From: an uncultured archaeon
Lineage (GTDB): Archaea; Micrarchaeota; Micrarchaeia; Micrarchaeales; CABMGC01
DNA: 32,000 nt
Direction: 5' to 3'
Assembly: GCA_963704435.1 (NCBI GenBank)
Contig: OY969902.1
Location: 120,001-152,000, forward strand
The translations under genes and the position numbers were made by a program. The notes beneath the pieces are model-generated. The model did not search any database and was not told the DNA's origin. It was given only the letters and a program-made list of their open reading frames with translations. This document shows positions 8,835-16,653 of this stretch, one piece after another. Position 1 is the stretch's first letter; every line of letters begins with the position of its first letter.

Positions 8835-9395
8835 TCATCCGCGCTTCTTCGGGAACTCCACAAGCTTGTTGTCCCTTATGATGCTGGGCTGGCCGAGCTT
8901 ATCGAACATTATGTCCGTATCGAAGAATTCGCCGGACTTCTGAGCGGGACGGCTGGCGGGGTCCTTAAGGAGAATGCCGAGGTAGTTTAGGGTATTCCGC
9001 ATGTGGATGCTCAGGCAGGTGTAGAGGACCAGCGTCTGCTGAGCCGTGTCTACGTTGTGGTCTGAGTACTCCTCCATGCTGCGGTCGGAGCCTTCTACGA
9101 ACACGCCGCACGCGTTGCCGGGCACATCGAAAATAGGCCCCGAGTCACTCCAGCGAACGTTTATCTCATAGTCCCTGAGCGTGCCAGTGAAGATGGCGGC
9201 GATCTCCTCCTCCGTCTTGCGCCTGTACCTCTCATTGGCAGTCATCTCAGCTATCCGCTCCCCATAGCTTTCCGGCAGCTCGACGGTCACGCCGTGCGCG
9301 CCCTCGTCGCAGACGAACCTCGGGGATAGCCGGACGGCCTCCTCGATGATAAGCCGCTCCGCCCCTTCGCCTAGCTTAACCATAGCCTCTCGCAT
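8835..9395 (-). CDS. Hypothetical protein, 186 aa
   Basis: Good ORF, 18 nt upstream of the Dus gene on the same strand; no recognised family. Confidence 0.6.
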   Translation of the reverse strand: MREAMVKLGEGAERLIIEEAVRLSPRFVCDEGAHGVTVELPESYGERIAEMTANERYRRKTEEEIAAIFTGTLRDYEINVRWSDSGPIFDVPGNACGVFVEGSDRSMEEYSDHNVDTAQQTLVLYTCLSIHMRNTLNYLGILLKDPASRPAQKSGEFFDTDIMFDKLGQPSIIRDNKLVEFPKKRG

Positions 9396-9517
9396 AATGA
9401 CGGTTTCTGCGGCCCCGTATTTAAGCGTTGCTCACGCTCCGTGCGCGGACTTGGCGGAAGAGGAAGATTCGCGAACAACGTTTAAATAGGCGGAAAATCA
9501 CAACGTATAATGATAAA

Positions 9518-9886
9518 ATGACGACCAAACATGCAGAACTGAAGAGCGCTGAATCATGCGAAAATGCGCAACCGCGCACGGTTTTTACCGCGGCCTACGA
9601 GACATACAAGGAATTGAAACCAGCAATCAACGACTTCTGCAGCAATCTCCTGAAGAACAGGTGGGGCGAGACCATGCTGGTAACGGCAGGGGCGGTCTTC
9701 CTTGCTGAGGGCATCGTGAACCGGAATGCGCTAGAAATAGCCACGGGAGCAACAGCCATAGTGATGCAATTTGTTGAGCCAGTAGGAGACTTCGTCATGG
9801 TTCGTGCCACCCCTCCCCTGGTTTCCGCCCTGAATTATGTGATGGGCTATACGGAATCCGCCCTGCAATCTCTGAGAAGGCAGTAA
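9518..9886 (+). CDS. Small membrane protein, 122 aa, similar to the 2224-2448 protein
   Basis: ATG at 9518 (MTTKHAEL...), TATA-like tttaaatagg about 25 nt upstream; TAGAVFLAEGIVNRNALEIATGATAIV matches TAGIVCVVSGFVNHSPVEIGIGASLIL. Confidence 0.7.
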   Translation: MTTKHAELKSAESCENAQPRTVFTAAYETYKELKPAINDFCSNLLKNRWGETMLVTAGAVFLAEGIVNRNALEIATGATAIVMQFVEPVGDFVMVRATPPLVSALNYVMGYTESALQSLRRQ

Positions 9887-9898
9887 TGAAGGGATAAT

Positions 9899-10876
9899 GT
9901 GGCTAAGGACAATTTCGTACCGGCAGGGCAAACTAAAGTGAAGAGCGCAGGGGAAGTGCACCCTATCGTGAATATGGCGGAAGAGATGGAGGAACACGTC
10001 TCGCAGATGATTGCCAGAGCAAACAGCGGTTCGCCGGAGGCGAAGCTCCTTGCAGAGTTAGATGTCGATTCGGTAACTACAGACACAGTAGAGAAGATGG
10101 CTGAGGCGCTGGCGATCGACCCTACTGAAAAGGGCCAGATTATGCGGGAGACCCTGTTGGACATGTTCATTAATGAGATAGAGTCATACGGCGCTTACGA
10201 CGGCCTGAGTGACCTGGAAAGCGCCAAGCTCGTGGAGATAATCCCTGACTCGATGCTTGACAATACGACCTACAGGCTGACTGAAATGGGAAGGAGAGTC
10301 GCCGGGAAGATACTTGAAAAACAGGTCGCCGAAATCAGAAGGATCGATCGCGACATGAAGAGCGACGAAGCCGAGGAGGCAGCAGTGCTGGTCCAGACGG
10401 TCCTCATAAGGAAGCTATTGCTGTCGGAAAGCGTAGTCAGCCCCTCTGAAACGAAGGAGATACAGCAGTATTGCGAGCGGACATTTACTAAGCCGGGCAC
10501 CCTAGGCCAGCTTTTGATAGCTGACCCAGAGCTGTACGAAAAGGGCAACGAGGACGGGATACTGATACAGCGAGACGGTCTCGTACCCACAGTCGATGGG
10601 ATGTACTTGAAATCGACGAGACGGTACGGGGCGGGATGGAAAGTGACTCTCACCGAGGTGCCAGATTCCGCAGACGGACCCTCTTCAGCATATGTATTCA
10701 TAGACGAGGATACGGCAGGCAGCAAGAGCGAGTACGTGATTGCGAAACCAGATGGCCAAGGCAGTATCTACCTCTTCTCTGCCAGGCCGGAAGACGCTGC
10801 TCACCTGCTAAGCGTGCAGCTGACCTACAATGAGATCATAGAAAAGAAGCCTGACAATGGCAGCGCAGACCTGTAG
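9899..10876 (+). CDS. Hypothetical protein, 325 aa; N-terminal region paralogous to the 3442-3978 protein, extra C-terminal region
   Basis: GTG start 12 nt after the preceding stop (likely operon); shares HPIV, ESYG, AKLV and TEMGRRV..K.LEKQ. Confidence 0.75.
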   Translation: MAKDNFVPAGQTKVKSAGEVHPIVNMAEEMEEHVSQMIARANSGSPEAKLLAELDVDSVTTDTVEKMAEALAIDPTEKGQIMRETLLDMFINEIESYGAYDGLSDLESAKLVEIIPDSMLDNTTYRLTEMGRRVAGKILEKQVAEIRRIDRDMKSDEAEEAAVLVQTVLIRKLLLSESVVSPSETKEIQQYCERTFTKPGTLGQLLIADPELYEKGNEDGILIQRDGLVPTVDGMYLKSTRRYGAGWKVTLTEVPDSADGPSSAYVFIDEDTAGSKSEYVIAKPDGQGSIYLFSARPEDAAHLLSVQLTYNEIIEKKPDNGSADL

Positions 10877-10877
10877 C

Positions 10878-11138
10878 TCAGCTTTCCTTCTCCTGCAGGA
10901 TTCTCTTCGCGCGCTCGAGCGCCTTCCTCCGCTCCGGCGTGAGGTTTCTGCCTGACCGGTTTATGAAATACTGTACCATCCGTATGGCAGAGCCTATCCC
11001 CTTGGGGGACACGTCGGGACGCGCCATTGTGCGGGCTATCTCCTCGGCGGACTTCGTGAAGATTCCTGGAGGAGGGAACGTGGACACTGTACCCACCCTT
11101 CCTATCCAGCGTTTAGAGCTGGGCGCTTTGGCCACCAT
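10878..11138 (-). CDS. DUF3175-like small basic protein
   Basis: 86 aa; W..RV, GIFTKSAEEIARTM, SAIRMVQYFINRSGRNLTPERRKALERAK resembles the DUF3175 pattern. Confidence 0.65.
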   Translation of the reverse strand: MVAKAPSSKRWIGRVGTVSTFPPPGIFTKSAEEIARTMARPDVSPKGIGSAIRMVQYFINRSGRNLTPERRKALERAKRILQEKES

Positions 11139-11169
11139 ATAGCCACTTCAGTGGTCCAGAGCCTTAAGC

Positions 11170-11189
11170 GGGTACGCAGGGGCGTACCC
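11170..11189 (-). terminator. 3' hairpin downstream of cspA (terminator or 3'-UTR element)
   Basis: GGGTACGC AGGG GCGTACCC, perfect 8-bp stem with 4-nt loop, 13 nt beyond the cspA stop; no strong T-tract. Confidence 0.45.
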
Positions 11190-11202
11190 ACAATCAAGCC
11201 CT

Positions 11203-11394
11203 TCAGACCTTCTTTACATTCTTGGCGCGGGGTCCGCGCTCGCCTGACTCAACCTCATATTCGACGGTGTCGCCGACCGCAAGGGTGGCGCCTCCCTCGA
11301 TTGCTGAGGAGTGCACGTAGACGTCCTTCCCATCGTCTCCCGTGATGAATCCGAAACCGCGCATCGCATTGAACATCTTTACTCTTCCTCTCAT
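11203..11394 (-). CDS. cspA: Cold-shock domain protein
   Basis: 63 aa; [32 protein letters not shown] with RNP1/RNP2; TATA ttatatataa at 11431-11440. Confidence 0.95.
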   Translation of the reverse strand: MRGRVKMFNAMRGFGFITGDDGKDVYVHSSAIEGGATLAVGDTVEYEVESGERGPRAKNVKKV

Positions 11395-11500
11395 TAGCTC
11401 ACTTTCTTCGTATTATCATTGGAGCGCACATTATATATAAGGCAGGTTTCCCAGGATTCCAGCGGAGGGAACGGCGCACTGCCATAAGAAGTAGCCTAAC

Positions 11501-12136
11501 TTACCCGGAGCGGACAGCAGCGGCAGTCTTACTCGAAGCGTTGGTAATTGCTTCCGTTCTTACCAACCTGACGAAAACCCGCGCCAGCTCTTCCGGAGTC
11601 TTGTAAGGGTCGGCGTCGGTTCCATTGTAATCGCGGAACGGTTCGGTGAAATACGTGACTATTACCTTATCTCCCTTCGTTATCAAACCCACATAACATG
11701 GCTTCCCGGAAATGTCAAGGGAGTACGCTCCGCAATCGATGGAACAGCGCGAGTACGAGTTTTGCCTCAGTCCCCTTACTGTGCTTGGGAAGATTTCGTC
11801 CACGAGCTTCGGATCTTTTGTGAAAAAGCCCTCCTTCAGCTTAACATGGAAATTGCAATCAACGCTGCATTTCACTATGTTCTTCCTTAAACTATCAAGA
11901 TATCCGCTGGCTCTGAGACGGGCATAGGCTCCGAGTCCGCCATCCGGCGTCCGGGAATGGGATAGGACATCCAGTACTTGCATAACTTCGTCTATCTGTT
12001 TGGTATTCTTCTCTCTAGCTATTCTCTTGCTCTCGCCCCGGATTCCGGGCAGGAAAATATTGTGCTGAGCGGTCTGCATCCGGGTCAGCAGTTTCACAGT
12101 GGTAGCATCTGGCGAATACCCTTGTTTACCATGCAT
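11501..12136 (-). CDS. Hypothetical protein, 211 aa
   Basis: ATG ORF with TATA-like gtatttaagg ~30 nt upstream on the coding strand. Confidence 0.6.
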   Translation of the reverse strand: MHGKQGYSPDATTVKLLTRMQTAQHNIFLPGIRGESKRIAREKNTKQIDEVMQVLDVLSHSRTPDGGLGAYARLRASGYLDSLRKNIVKCSVDCNFHVKLKEGFFTKDPKLVDEIFPSTVRGLRQNSYSRCSIDCGAYSLDISGKPCYVGLITKGDKVIVTYFTEPFRDYNGTDADPYKTPEELARVFVRLVRTEAITNASSKTAAAVRSG

Positions 12137-12196
12137 CCCAATCGTAAATTACGTTGCGGACTCCCGTATTTAAGGGTTTCTGGCGAATTGTTTTAT

Positions 12197-12880
12197 TCAC
12201 AGCCTGCCGAATATTCTGGGATTCCCTATCGCGGCGCGCCCGACCATCGCTCCGTAGAGGCCGCTGGCTTTCAGCTCTGCGACCTGACTTTTCGTCCTGA
12301 TGTCCCCGTTCGCCACGATCCTCTTCCCAGTGTCGATGCACCCAGGATAGACTGAGAAATCGGCAGGATCGTCAAGCGTCTGCTCGGCGGTCCTCGCGTG
12401 AACCACGAAAAAGGACGCGTCCACATTCTCTATCAGGTTGAGGTATGCGCCCTTCCCCTTCTCATAATCATTGAGGCCGAGACGCAGCTTCACCGAACAC
12501 TCGAAGCCAGACTTCGCAATCAGCCTTACTATCTCCTCCGTACGGGACACCCTCTTCACCATCGCCGCCCCTATGCCCTGCCTGAGGAACTCGGGAGATG
12601 AGCAGCCGAGGTTGAGGTTGAATCCCTGGAACCCCTTGCCCGGCTCGAATCCTGCGAGGAAACGCGCATATTCGCTCGGCTTCGCTCCCGCGAGCTGGAC
12701 CTGCGTTGGCGTTGAGTCGGGAATCGCGATGCGGGAGAGCTCGCCCTTCTTCTGCCTAGCCAGGTTGGCGACCCGGGCTACGGGAGTGAACGTCAGTGCT
12801 GCGCCTGACCTGTGGCAGAGCGCGCGGAATGGCGCATCGGTGACACCCTCCATCGGAGCGAGCATCAGGCGGAAAGTCAT
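12197..12880 (-). CDS. Short Dus-family (dihydrouridine synthase-like) TIM-barrel protein
   Basis: 227 aa; LMLAPMEGVTDAPFRALCHRSGAAL, LNLGCSSPEFLRQGIGAAMV, GAMVGRAAIGNPRIFGRL then stop. Confidence 0.85.
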   Translation of the reverse strand: MTFRLMLAPMEGVTDAPFRALCHRSGAALTFTPVARVANLARQKKGELSRIAIPDSTPTQVQLAGAKPSEYARFLAGFEPGKGFQGFNLNLGCSSPEFLRQGIGAAMVKRVSRTEEIVRLIAKSGFECSVKLRLGLNDYEKGKGAYLNLIENVDASFFVVHARTAEQTLDDPADFSVYPGCIDTGKRIVANGDIRTKSQVAELKASGLYGAMVGRAAIGNPRIFGRL

Positions 12881-12944
12881 GTGACCATCGGAAAGGCTAT
12901 GGGAATACGGAGGATATATTGTTTTGCGTAGGCGGGCGTCCCGT

Positions 12945-13694
12945 TCATTCGCTTGCCTGGAATCCGAGCAGGGTCGTGCGGGGATCCGGCGGTGAATCAG
13001 TAAGGCAATCCCCTGATCTAGCCGAATGGAGCATTATTGGAGCGCTATTGCACCTTTCCTCGATGTGAGGGCACAGCGCATCCAGTTCCTTCGCCCCCAG
13101 GCGGACGTAGGCTCCCTTCTTGTTGCTCCTTAGGAGCGCGCAAATCGTATCTTTTTTCTTCTTGTCGTACTTTCTGTCGTTGGGAATCGACAGCCCATTC
13201 TTTTTATTCCCATCTAGGAATGCCTGCCCTTTCTCGATATTCTCTACCTTCCTCTTGAGTTTTCCGATAAGCTTCCATTTCGTGTGGGAAGGGTCTAGCC
13301 TGAGCAGGCTTTCAAGTCTGTCGATTCCCAGAACATAGATGTCGGTCAGTACCTTATTCTCAAGGTCGTATATTTTGGGATCGTATCCGACTTCATAGAG
13401 TCCGATGAAATAAAACGCCGACATCTTGCGGTCTTCGGCCATCCTGATGTAGCGCTCTATCTGGTCGGTGAACAGCACAACGCGCTCCCCCTTCAAGGAG
13501 GATTTCACCTCACCGACGATGCCCTTGTCCAGTATGTCCGGCTGCGATGAATTGCGATGGATCGGCGTGCCGAAACCGAAGATATCCCTTATCTTCTGCT
13601 CTATCTCTTTCCCGTTTTCCACATTTTGGCGTGCTACGGCTGACCGACGGTCACCACAAGAAGCTCTGCTGCTTGTCGAAACTCCGGCCCCCAT
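12945..13694 (-). CDS. Putative PD-(D/E)XK-fold nuclease
   Basis: 249 aa; QPDILDKGIVGEVKSS fits PD-Xn-EXK; TATA-like ctttaaatag ~25 nt upstream of the ATG. Confidence 0.5.
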   Translation of the reverse strand: MGAGVSTSSRASCGDRRSAVARQNVENGKEIEQKIRDIFGFGTPIHRNSSQPDILDKGIVGEVKSSLKGERVVLFTDQIERYIRMAEDRKMSAFYFIGLYEVGYDPKIYDLENKVLTDIYVLGIDRLESLLRLDPSHTKWKLIGKLKRKVENIEKGQAFLDGNKKNGLSIPNDRKYDKKKKDTICALLRSNKKGAYVRLGAKELDALCPHIEERCNSAPIMLHSARSGDCLTDSPPDPRTTLLGFQASE

Positions 13695-13714
13695 GATGTT
13701 CCATGCTTTCCAGT

Positions 13715-13724
13715 CTATTTAAAG
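13715..13724 (-). promoter_or_regulatory. Archaeal TATA-box for the 12945-13694 gene
   Basis: ctttaaatag on the minus strand, ~25 nt from the ATG, consistent with a leaderless transcript. Confidence 0.6.
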
Positions 13725-13817
13725 ATTGGTCTGAAATCCGGGCATAAAGCCCGCAATCCAATTTTTCGGAGGGATTCGCATGAGCGGAGAGCAGGATGCG
13801 CAGCGGCTCCTCCGGAA

Positions 13818-14060
13818 TCAGATAAGCTTCAGCTCCTTCAGGGCGCGGTCGAGCTCCTTCCCGGCCTTCCCGATGTGCACGGACACGATCTCCAGGTTCT
13901 CCACGAGCCCGGAACCGAGGTCGGGCCCCATCTTCCTAGCTATCCTCCTTGCTACCGCGTCCACACCCTTCCTATGGGAAGCGAGGCTCCGCGACATGCT
14001 TTCCAGCGTCCTATACTCCTCGAGCAGCACGACCTTGCGGCGTTTCTTACCAGATACCAC
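13818..14060 (-). CDS. Hypothetical small basic protein, 80 aa
   Basis: ORF MVSGKKRRKVVLLEEYRTLESMSRSL... Confidence 0.5.
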   Translation of the reverse strand: MVSGKKRRKVVLLEEYRTLESMSRSLASHRKGVDAVARRIARKMGPDLGSGLVENLEIVSVHIGKAGKELDRALKELKLI

Positions 14061-14149
14061 TGAATCACGCGTCTCTAGTGGCTCACAAGGCTTAAATTAC
14101 CGTAGGCGGTGGTCGCTCTTAACCAGAAAATGCCCCGCCATCGGACGGA

Positions 14150-14410
14150 CTAGACGTTAAGACCCTCCCGGTATTCCTCTATTGTAATGACGTACGCAGC
14201 ATTTATCAGAATGACTCCGCTGCCAGGGACCGCCGCCCCTGAGACGAACTTCCTGAGCTCGTACTCGAGCTTGAAGAACCGTCCGTCAAAGCCCAGCAAG
14301 GTCCCCTTGTAGTTTCCCGCCGACGCATCCTTGGACCCGAGGCCCCCTGAGGAGGTAACCCAGACTACCTTTCCAGTCAGCTCGTCGATTAAAGACTTTT
14401 CCTGCTCCAT
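14150..14410 (-). CDS. Possible Sm/LSm-like small protein
   Basis: 86 aa; LIDELTGKVVWVTSS...GNYKGTLLGFDGRFFKLEYE...GVILINAAYVITI resembles Sm1/Sm2 spacing. Confidence 0.45.
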   Translation of the reverse strand: MEQEKSLIDELTGKVVWVTSSGGLGSKDASAGNYKGTLLGFDGRFFKLEYELRKFVSGAAVPGSGVILINAAYVITIEEYREGLNV

Positions 14411-14483
14411 GCTCCGTCTTGGGCGGAAGGGCTAATAACCCGAGCGCCTGCCGAGCAATAAAGTGATTGGGCTGTCTTATTCT

Positions 14484-14699
14484 TCAGATCAGGTGCCATT
14501 CCTTCAGCTCTGAGATAGCCTTGTTGGACTGACCCTCCTTGACCATGAGATAATCCTTGCTGACGCAGTACCCTACCTTGCTCCTGGTCATACGATCCAT
14601 TGTCTTCTTGTCGTCTTCCATACGGTTCGTGTTCTTCATTATGAAGACGAACATCCCAGGCGCTTTCTCGATTGTCATCAATTCCACTACGGTAGACAT
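14484..14699 (-). CDS. Hypothetical small protein
   Basis: ATG at 14699 (GTG alternative at 14705); gene order is consistent with the neighbouring small genes. Confidence 0.4.
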   Translation of the reverse strand: MSTVVELMTIEKAPGMFVFIMKNTNRMEDDKKTMDRMTRSKVGYCVSKDYLMVKEGQSNKAISELKEWHLI

Positions 14700-14817
14700 T
14701 GGCACGTTCTAATACTTATGGTAGCGCACTGGAGGATCCACCGCCGGATCGGCCGCATTGGCATTGCAATCAAGAAATCCTGCATAGCATTTATAAAAAT
14801 GGAGGGCGCATAAGGCA

Positions 14818-15384
14818 ATGGGTAGAATGGGAGAAACCGGAGAGGAATCGCATGCTGCCGGGCAGACAACATCATATGTGATAGGCAACGACACGATAAC
14901 CATACCTTATGGTAGGGTCCTAAGCGAAAAAGCGTCCGAAACGTTGGATAAGACCGATTCGCAACTGGCCGACTGCCTGTCGCTGATCTATTACCATCAG
15001 AAAATCTACCATGACGAGATGGTCCTCGTGATGCGAGGGAATGAGCAGCTGTCCCAGGGGAATTACGGAGTTGGACGTAAATCGGTGCCCGACAAGAGGG
15101 AATTGCTCCTGACCCGCAGGGCATATGGAGAAAAAGTCGAAAGGTGCTCCGCATGCCAGAACCTCGTAATCGAAAGGAACGTCAACACACGGGGATGGGA
15201 CCTAGTCGTATACAAGAATGTCAACGAGATCGTCATCACTGCGCTGCCCCCGAATATCAGAGCCTGCATTCTGGCCACTGTTCCGCGAATAAGCCACGAA
15301 GCAGCAGAAGGGGCTGCGCAAAGCGCAGGATTCGCCATAAACTTCGAAAAGACAGGGGCCACTGCTTCCTCAGTGCAGCGATAG
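14818..15384 (+). CDS. Hypothetical protein, 188 aa, with a CXXC pair
   Basis: TATA-like tttataaaaa ~25 nt before the ATG; contains CSACQNLVI. Confidence 0.65.
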   Translation: MGRMGETGEESHAAGQTTSYVIGNDTITIPYGRVLSEKASETLDKTDSQLADCLSLIYYHQKIYHDEMVLVMRGNEQLSQGNYGVGRKSVPDKRELLLTRRAYGEKVERCSACQNLVIERNVNTRGWDLVVYKNVNEIVITALPPNIRACILATVPRISHEAAEGAAQSAGFAINFEKTGATASSVQR

Positions 15385-15440
15385 AAAACTACGATTCGAG
15401 GAATTCCAGATTTTACTTCTTAGCTTGCGGGCGGAAGCGG

Positions 15441-15608
15441 CTAGGCATCCGGATCGTACCTCCTCATTGCATCCTGAAGCTGCCTGCAGGGGTTGTTGAT
15501 CTGGTGCGCAAGCCGTTCCGCGCTGTTCGGAAATTTCGCGCCGCAGTATTCGCAGGCGCATTCCTTTTGCGAGGTTACTGAGAATGCCGCAGAAGAAAGT
15601 ACGGTCAT
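15441..15608 (-). CDS. Small zinc-finger protein, 55 aa
   Basis: Hand translation: MTVLSSAAFSVTSQKECACEYCGAKFPNSAERLAHQINNPCRQLQDAMRRYDPDA*; C-X2-C-X12-H-X5-C finger; TATA-like gtttatatac ~35 nt upstream. Confidence 0.7.
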   Translation of the reverse strand: MTVLSSAAFSVTSQKECACEYCGAKFPNSAERLAHQINNPCRQLQDAMRRYDPDA

Positions 15609-15734
15609 GCTTTCACAGATGGACCATGCCTTTCATCGTATATAAACCTTCTTCAGTTTTTAGGCTTTTGCAGGAATGACGAGGAAAGGCAGGCGGCGGG
15701 GCCGATGCCGGCCCCCCGCATCATGATTAGATCA

Positions 15735-16526
15735 TCAGTTGTAGCCCAGCGCCCTGAGCTTCTTCATGACCCTTTCCCTCGCCACTCCGCGTCCCGCCCT
15801 CTCGTGCATGCCAGGGTTCTTGTTCGGCGTGGTATCCAGCGTCGATCCCAACGAAGTGTATCCCCTGTCATACAACGGGTGATACTCCAGCTTGTTCTTC
15901 TTAAGGTACGTTTTCACTTCCTCCCTGGTCCAGAACAACAGCGGATGGACCCTTATATGGTCTGGGTTGCGCCTCGGGGAGAATATGCTCTCCTTGGCCC
16001 TCTCCTCGTGCTCCACCGCCCTTATCCCACCGAGGAACGCGTCCATGTTCAGCGTCTTTATGCCCCTCATCAGCGGGTCTATCTTGTGGTGCTTGTTGAA
16101 GGCGACGGTAAACTCAGGAGTGCTGAACCCGTACTTCTTTGTGAACTCCGCGACCCGGTCCGTGCCCGCGCGGACGGTCGTCAGGCTCTCGAAGTTCCAC
16201 TCCTTCCTCAGCTTCTCTACGAAAACGAAGGTCTCGGGGAACTCATACCTCGTGTCCACGAAGAGTATCGGCATGTCATGCTTTATCTTCATGGTGATGT
16301 GCAGCATGACTTCGCTGTCGGCGCCTCCGCTGAAGCCTATGCCCACGCGCTTGTACCTCTTGAGCGCCTGCCTGATTATCTCCTCGGTCTTCCTCACCTT
16401 CTGGTCCAGTGAGAGGTTCATGAGCTTCCTGACTTCTGGCCTCATCAGCGCTATGCACCTTTCCGTCCTGTCTGAGCCGAATTCCTCGGCCGAGGGTTTC
16501 GCAGCGTTCTTCGCTCTCTTGTCCAT
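15735..16526 (-). CDS. PAPS reductase / sulfate adenylyltransferase subunit 2 (CysH/CysD)-like PP-loop protein
   Basis: 263 aa from ATG 16526; VGIGFSGGADSEVMLHI PP-loop, DTRYEFPET, HIRVHPLLFWTREEVKTYL. Confidence 0.82.
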   Translation of the reverse strand: MDKRAKNAAKPSAEEFGSDRTERCIALMRPEVRKLMNLSLDQKVRKTEEIIRQALKRYKRVGIGFSGGADSEVMLHITMKIKHDMPILFVDTRYEFPETFVFVEKLRKEWNFESLTTVRAGTDRVAEFTKKYGFSTPEFTVAFNKHHKIDPLMRGIKTLNMDAFLGGIRAVEHEERAKESIFSPRRNPDHIRVHPLLFWTREEVKTYLKKNKLEYHPLYDRGYTSLGSTLDTTPNKNPGMHERAGRGVARERVMKKLRALGYN

Positions 16527-16547
16527 GCCATCACGTATTCTAATGTA

Positions 16548-16567
16548 ATGACATGTTATGACATGCA
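16548..16567. promoter_or_regulatory. Tandem 10-bp repeat in a divergent intergenic region
   Basis: ATGACATGTT ATGACATGCA read directly, next to TATA-like ccttatatat (minus strand). Confidence 0.5.
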
Positions 16568-16653
16568 GATATATAAGGCTTGTGCAGGGACGGCTTTGCT
16601 GGCATAGCCGATTCGAAGCCAACTCTTATATTCCACGAAAGGCATATCGGAAT

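Noticed and set aside
15370-15561. 63-aa minus-strand ORF from the track
   Set aside because: The overlapping frame at 15441-15608 encodes a credible zinc finger with a promoter-like element; the listed frame does not.
15705-16412. Plus-strand ORF of 235 aa
   Set aside because: Antisense to the PP-loop protein; His/Arg/Pro-rich shadow sequence.
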